Of a stretch of DNA of 16,695 bases, positions 15,953 through 16,695 are shown one piece after another (positions within the stretch are counted from its first letter, which is position 1; each line of letters opens with the position of its first letter). The stretch lies in contig JBGQJI010000047.1 of assembly GCA_041498975.1 (NCBI GenBank), positions 1-16,695 on the forward strand, written 5' to 3'. The DNA is from Candidatus Methylomirabilis sp. (GTDB lineage: Bacteria; Methylomirabilota; Methylomirabilia; Methylomirabilales; Methylomirabilaceae). The notes beneath the pieces are model-generated. The model worked only from the letters and a program-made list of their open reading frames with translations, did no database searches and was not told the origin of the DNA. A program made the position numbers and the translations under genes.

Positions 15953-15968
15953 AGCAAGTCTCATGCCA
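15953..15968 (-). promoter_or_regulatory. Sigma54 (RpoN) -24/-12 promoter
   Basis: Minus strand TGGCATGAGACTTGCT matches TGGCAC-N5-TTGCW with exact GG/GC spacing. Predicted transcription start near 15942, about 47 nt upstream of the riboswitch. Confidence 0.8.
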
Positions 15969-16695
15969 ATAGCTCCTGAATTCCTCACAGATGGTCTGCA
16001 ATAGCAGACGGAATAGGGAAGAACAGACACACCTCTTTGAACGATTCTTTTTGCTGTGTTGCCACCTCGATCATGCACAGTGCCGGCGGATGTAGCGTTC
16101 GGGCGCCCCGAGCAAGACATGGAGCGGACGAAACGACCCTTCCTATTGACAATTCTTGACACCGCAGTGACATCCGACGTCTCAGAGCAGGGCGTCCGCC
16201 CCGACAATGATTTCCACCGATCAGCCCGGATGCCTGAGGGCGAGTCGTGATCAGCCGTGCAAGCAAAGCGCGGCGTTGGCGATCGCCGCGCGGGCCCGGA
16301 GCGGGATGGTGGCCCTCGACCGATCCCTTTGCGAGTGATGGAAGGAGCGTCTGACGTGAAGTGTCACCGAGTGCCAGATCGCGGCAGTGATGTTCCAGGC
16401 GGAGGCGGAACAGCGCGACAAGCGGGCGTGCTGTGGCATGGCCTTGATCTGGTTGAAGACCTTCATGGTAGCGCGGATCAGGTCTGGCAGGCTCGACAAA
16501 CCAGAAGCGCTCGCCGAGGTTTGCGAAAGGTCACGTGCGAGGATAGCCGCCGGGCGTCACCCGAGCGAGGGGGAGGTCAGTAGCCGGTTCATTGTTCGAC
16601 GCAGCGCTGCTCGATGCCCTCCGGACCTGCTCCGAGGCTGCCGCCGGCTCTCCTCGAGACTTCCGGGCATCGACATTCCGTCGTGGGGGGAGGAC

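Noticed and set aside
16146..16161. Two perfect TTGACA -35 hexamers on the plus strand as a sigma70 promoter
   Set aside because: No plausible -10 at 16-18 nt from either; treated instead as part of the phased TGACA repeat.
16251..16695. Short ORFs at the right end (16251-16499 minus, 16257-16583 plus) and frames open at the window edge
   Set aside because: No recognisable domain in any frame I translated; a degraded gene cannot be excluded without a homology search.

Overview
High-GC bacterial chromosome segment of mostly housekeeping genes; the lineage cannot be assigned from the sequence alone. In minus-strand transcription order: speD-speE-PLP decarboxylase (polyamine operon), secD-secF, gmhA, a D-Ala-D-Ala carboxypeptidase, then dprA-topA-trmFO (trmFO runs off the left edge). 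A DegT-family aminotransferase lies on the plus strand, divergent from speD and convergent with a secreted zinc metallopeptidase. The non-coding DNA is the most interesting part. (1) A family of telomere-like GGGN4 heptamer inverted repeats (G-rich arm, short core, C-rich arm) fills three intercistronic gaps. One gap holds a three-unit ~144-bp tandem array inside the polyamine operon, where every arm has exactly four G3/C3 tracts. (2) The metallopeptidase gene is preceded by a sigma54 promoter, a GEMM-I cyclic-dinucleotide riboswitch with the A20 signature associated with c-AMP-GMP sensing, and an SD-sequestering hairpin. (3) speD has a leader with an orphan strong SD and a possible uORF. Several start codons were moved from the ORF track based on SD position and family N-termini.
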